The translations under genes and the position numbers were made by a program. From Trypanosoma brucei (Eukaryota): a stretch of 64,000 bases of DNA. Where the stretch lies: NCBI GenBank assembly GCA_000002445.1, contig CP000071.1, positions 1,184,001 through 1,248,000 on the forward strand. The letters are read 5' to 3'. The notes under the pieces are model-generated. The model did not search any database. It was not told where the DNA came from and saw only the letters and a program-made list of their open reading frames with translations. This document shows, piece after piece, positions 61,521 to 64,000 of the stretch (position 1 is its first letter; the number at the start of each line of letters is the position of its first letter).

Positions 61521-64000
61521 ATTAAAATATCCCTTTTGTTGCGTCCGCATGTAAATGTAGAAGTTTACAATTACTCACAGTACATCACTCCCCCGATGTT
61601 TCCAGTTGAATCGCCTGCCACCGCATTAAACATACAAATTCATTTGTACCCCGGTCAGGAATTGAACAACAACAACAAGTCACCATATTTCTTTAGCTTC
61701 TAACATATTTTTTCCTCTTCTTTTCTTAATGTTGTTTTGAGATACCCAACGTCACGTAACGTCTGCCTTAAAGAACACATTTCATTCCCGAGCAGCGCCT
61801 TCCTTTTTTAAAAAAAAATTTTATAGGTAATCCAAAGGCGCATTGCAACAGTCATTTTATTTCCTACGATTTTCCCTTGACACTCGCTATTGAAGGTGAC
61901 ATGATTTTAATCACTAAGAGATAACTAACGGACACGGAGAAAAACAAAAAAAAAGAGGAAAGAATATGAGTGTGATAAAGAATTTCTTGTAAAAAAAAAA
62001 GGAAAAGAAAAGAAATGCAACAAAACCCAAATTATTCATCAATCAATAAACCGATTTCGTCAACGCGATCAGCGAGTTTAATAACAAAAGGAAAAGTGAA
62101 GGGATGAGGCAGACGGAATAAATAATGACAAATAACAGTAATGAAAACACAACCATAAGACTGTGTGACAACCGCGGCAAAAAAAAAAAGAATTGAAATG
62201 AAACAAACATCCAAAACACCAACAAAAAAAGTACCAACACCAACTGCGAACCGGGGAAGAAAGGCGGAGTGAGAAAGGCACACAAACAAACACACACAAA
62301 TACATACAAATATAAATAAATAAATAAATATATATATATAACGATGAAAGTGCAGACTAGTATTCTGGGATATATCACCACTTCCATGAATGAAATAATT
62401 TTTAAAAAAACAACGAGAAATTGTCATCGCTCAGCCATTGAAGACGATGCTCACCGCTAACAAACAAGAACAACAACAGAACGAGAAAGAAAAGAAAAAA
62501 AAAGAACAAATTACCTCAAAGTATTAAATATATAATTTGTAACATGAAAACAAGAACAAAAAGGACTGGGAATGAACACAAGAGAATAGAAACGAAAAAA
62601 AAAGATAACATCACCGTCAATCACTCGGACCACAATAATAGCGAATAAAGCAACTGCGAACGGATGAAAAGAAACAGGAGAAGAAAAATAAAAGGGATAG
62701 CTGCAGCGTACCAGCAGTAATTCAAAAAGGAATGGTCAGCTTAAGGAATAAAAGGAATAATCATAATAATATCACTCACCATTAGCGGACGTGCCGTGTA
62801 TTTCTTGTACCGGCTCGCCAACTTTCCTTTTCTTTCCTTTCCTTTTGTTCTTTTTTTTTCCCCCCCTTTTATTCGTTCTCAATTTGTTCTTCCAATGCCT
62901 ATAATTAAACACGTCACTACCAGTTCGCGTGTTTATTTCATACGGTTCATTGACTCTCTTCTTTTTCATTTCTCTCTATTCTTTTCCCCCTTACTTTCTT
63001 TTTTCTTTTTTTTTCTTTCATGCGCTTCATTTTCTCTCCTTCATTCATTCTGATCGCGCCCACTCTTTTCTCCTTCCCCCCTTCCCTCTTTTTTTTCTTT
63101 TTTAATCCTTTTTTTAAATTCTTCTATAATAATATATAAATATTATTTTTACTTCTGAACGTGTGCGGTACCGTCCTGCAATTTCGCATTATCAATTCTT
63201 TCACATTACTTTCCCTCTTTGTACCTTTCTTTTCTTTTCTTTTTAAAGACACTCTACCTTATATTTGCTGCTTCTTTCACTACTTTAGTCTTTCAAATTT
63301 CCTTTTAATATTTCATTCAGGTTGCTCATCTTGCAACCAACGTTTATTTTCTCGCCGACACAACAAAAAACAACAAAAAACAAAAAGAACTTACGGCGCT
63401 GCCACTTTCATTTTTTTTTTCCCCCCCACCTCCTCCCGCTTCTCATATCTCACACCCTTTCAACATGCCGTTATTGCAGCACATCAAGGAGCCCACTTCA
63501 TTCTTCATTCTTTATCCTTCTCTTCCTTTCTCCTACAAATGATAGCCAAAATAGAAATTAAAAAAAAAAAGAAAAAAAAAAGAAAACAGAACAAATAATT
63601 CAACAAACTTGGGTTGCCTCTTTTCTTTATGTTTTATTTGTTCTTTTAATTCTGCTTTATTCATTTATTCAAATCATTCTCTTTTTTTTTTGTTTTTCTC
63701 CTCTTCTTTTTTGTTTTTTTTTTTAAATAACCGCGACTGCTCATCACCTCACGCATCTCTTCTTAATGTTTTTTTTTTTTGCCCCCCCCCTCCAAAAACA
63801 AAAAATCCTTCAACCCCGTTATGTTTCCTTTCTTTTCTTCATTCCCAATCGCGTCACACCTCAATGCAAAAACAGTGAGAAAAAAAAGGAAAAAAAGGAA
63901 AAGGAAGCAAAAAAAAAAAAAGAAAACAAAAAGAAAACAAGACACAAACGCCAATGTTGCGGCCGGAAAGGTCCATGTGGCAGCAACAACAACAAAATGA

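Noticed and set aside
1-64000. Searched for prokaryotic defence or mobile systems (CRISPR arrays, restriction-modification, toxin-antitoxin, integrase or transposase genes, operons with Shine-Dalgarno sites), as the prompt suggests.
   Set aside because: Gene lengths, unidirectional polycistronic organisation, polypyrimidine tracts, microsatellite-rich intergenic DNA and protein families (NHL flagellar adhesion glycoproteins, EndoG, ADAT2, ABC1 kinase) are all kinetoplastid-eukaryotic. No repeat-spacer structure, IS termini or phage-type gene was seen.
48140-64000. Considered whether the AT-rich tract contains retroelements (ingi/RIME, SLACS) or a VSG/ESAG-type subtelomeric gene.
   Set aside because: There is no long ORF with RT or endonuclease motifs, no VSG-like Cys-rich N-terminal domain and no 70-bp repeat-like arrays. 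The composition is simple-sequence rather than element-derived.

Overview
The window is eukaryotic, kinetoplastid-type nuclear DNA, most consistent with a Trypanosoma brucei-group chromosome. The evidence is compositional: about 20 long ORFs all lie on the minus strand as one directional polycistronic cluster. There are no introns, the intergenic regions are AT-rich and low-complexity with (TA)n and (GT)n microsatellites, and polypyrimidine tracts (trans-splicing signals) lie upstream of the genes on the coding strand. I found no prokaryotic features (no operons with RBS, CRISPR, integrases or IS elements).

The centre of the window, roughly 10.97-35.69 kb, is a near-identical head-to-tail tandem array of about 2.6 copies of a 9,618-bp unit. 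Each full unit encodes five proteins. The first is a 590-aa NHL-repeat type-I membrane glycoprotein with a proline-rich stalk. The second is a 752-aa NHL-repeat type-I membrane glycoprotein. The third is an endonuclease-G-like beta-beta-alpha-Me nuclease. The fourth is a 242-aa C-terminal CCCH zinc-finger protein. The fifth is a roughly 232-aa protein with an acidic Ser/Glu tail. The leftmost, partial unit carries a 546-aa paralogue of the first glycoprotein without the Pro-rich insert. By lengths, domain content and gene order I recognise this as the FLA1 / FLA2 / FLA1BP / EndoG flagellum-adhesion locus of T. brucei. This comes from recalled literature rather than a database search.

The array shows clear recombination footprints. 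The left edge truncates an EndoG copy, the first unit retains only a 31-codon remnant of the FLA1BP gene, the third FLA2 copy carries a gene-conversion tract of FLA1 type, and the last small gene is mosaic.

The flanks carry housekeeping-type genes. On the left are an MDR/quinone oxidoreductase and an ABC1/ADCK kinase. On the right are a HEAT-repeat protein, a five-RRM Mrd1/RBM19-like protein and an ADAT2-like tRNA deaminase. The right 16 kb is a gene-poor, extremely low-complexity AT-rich tract containing only two isolated coding islands, with a possible strand-switch character at its far end.

The ORF track uses TTG/GTG as starts. Wherever I checked, I moved the start to the first ATG. I do not see evidence of a genuinely undescribed system. 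The interest here lies in the array architecture and its recombination history.
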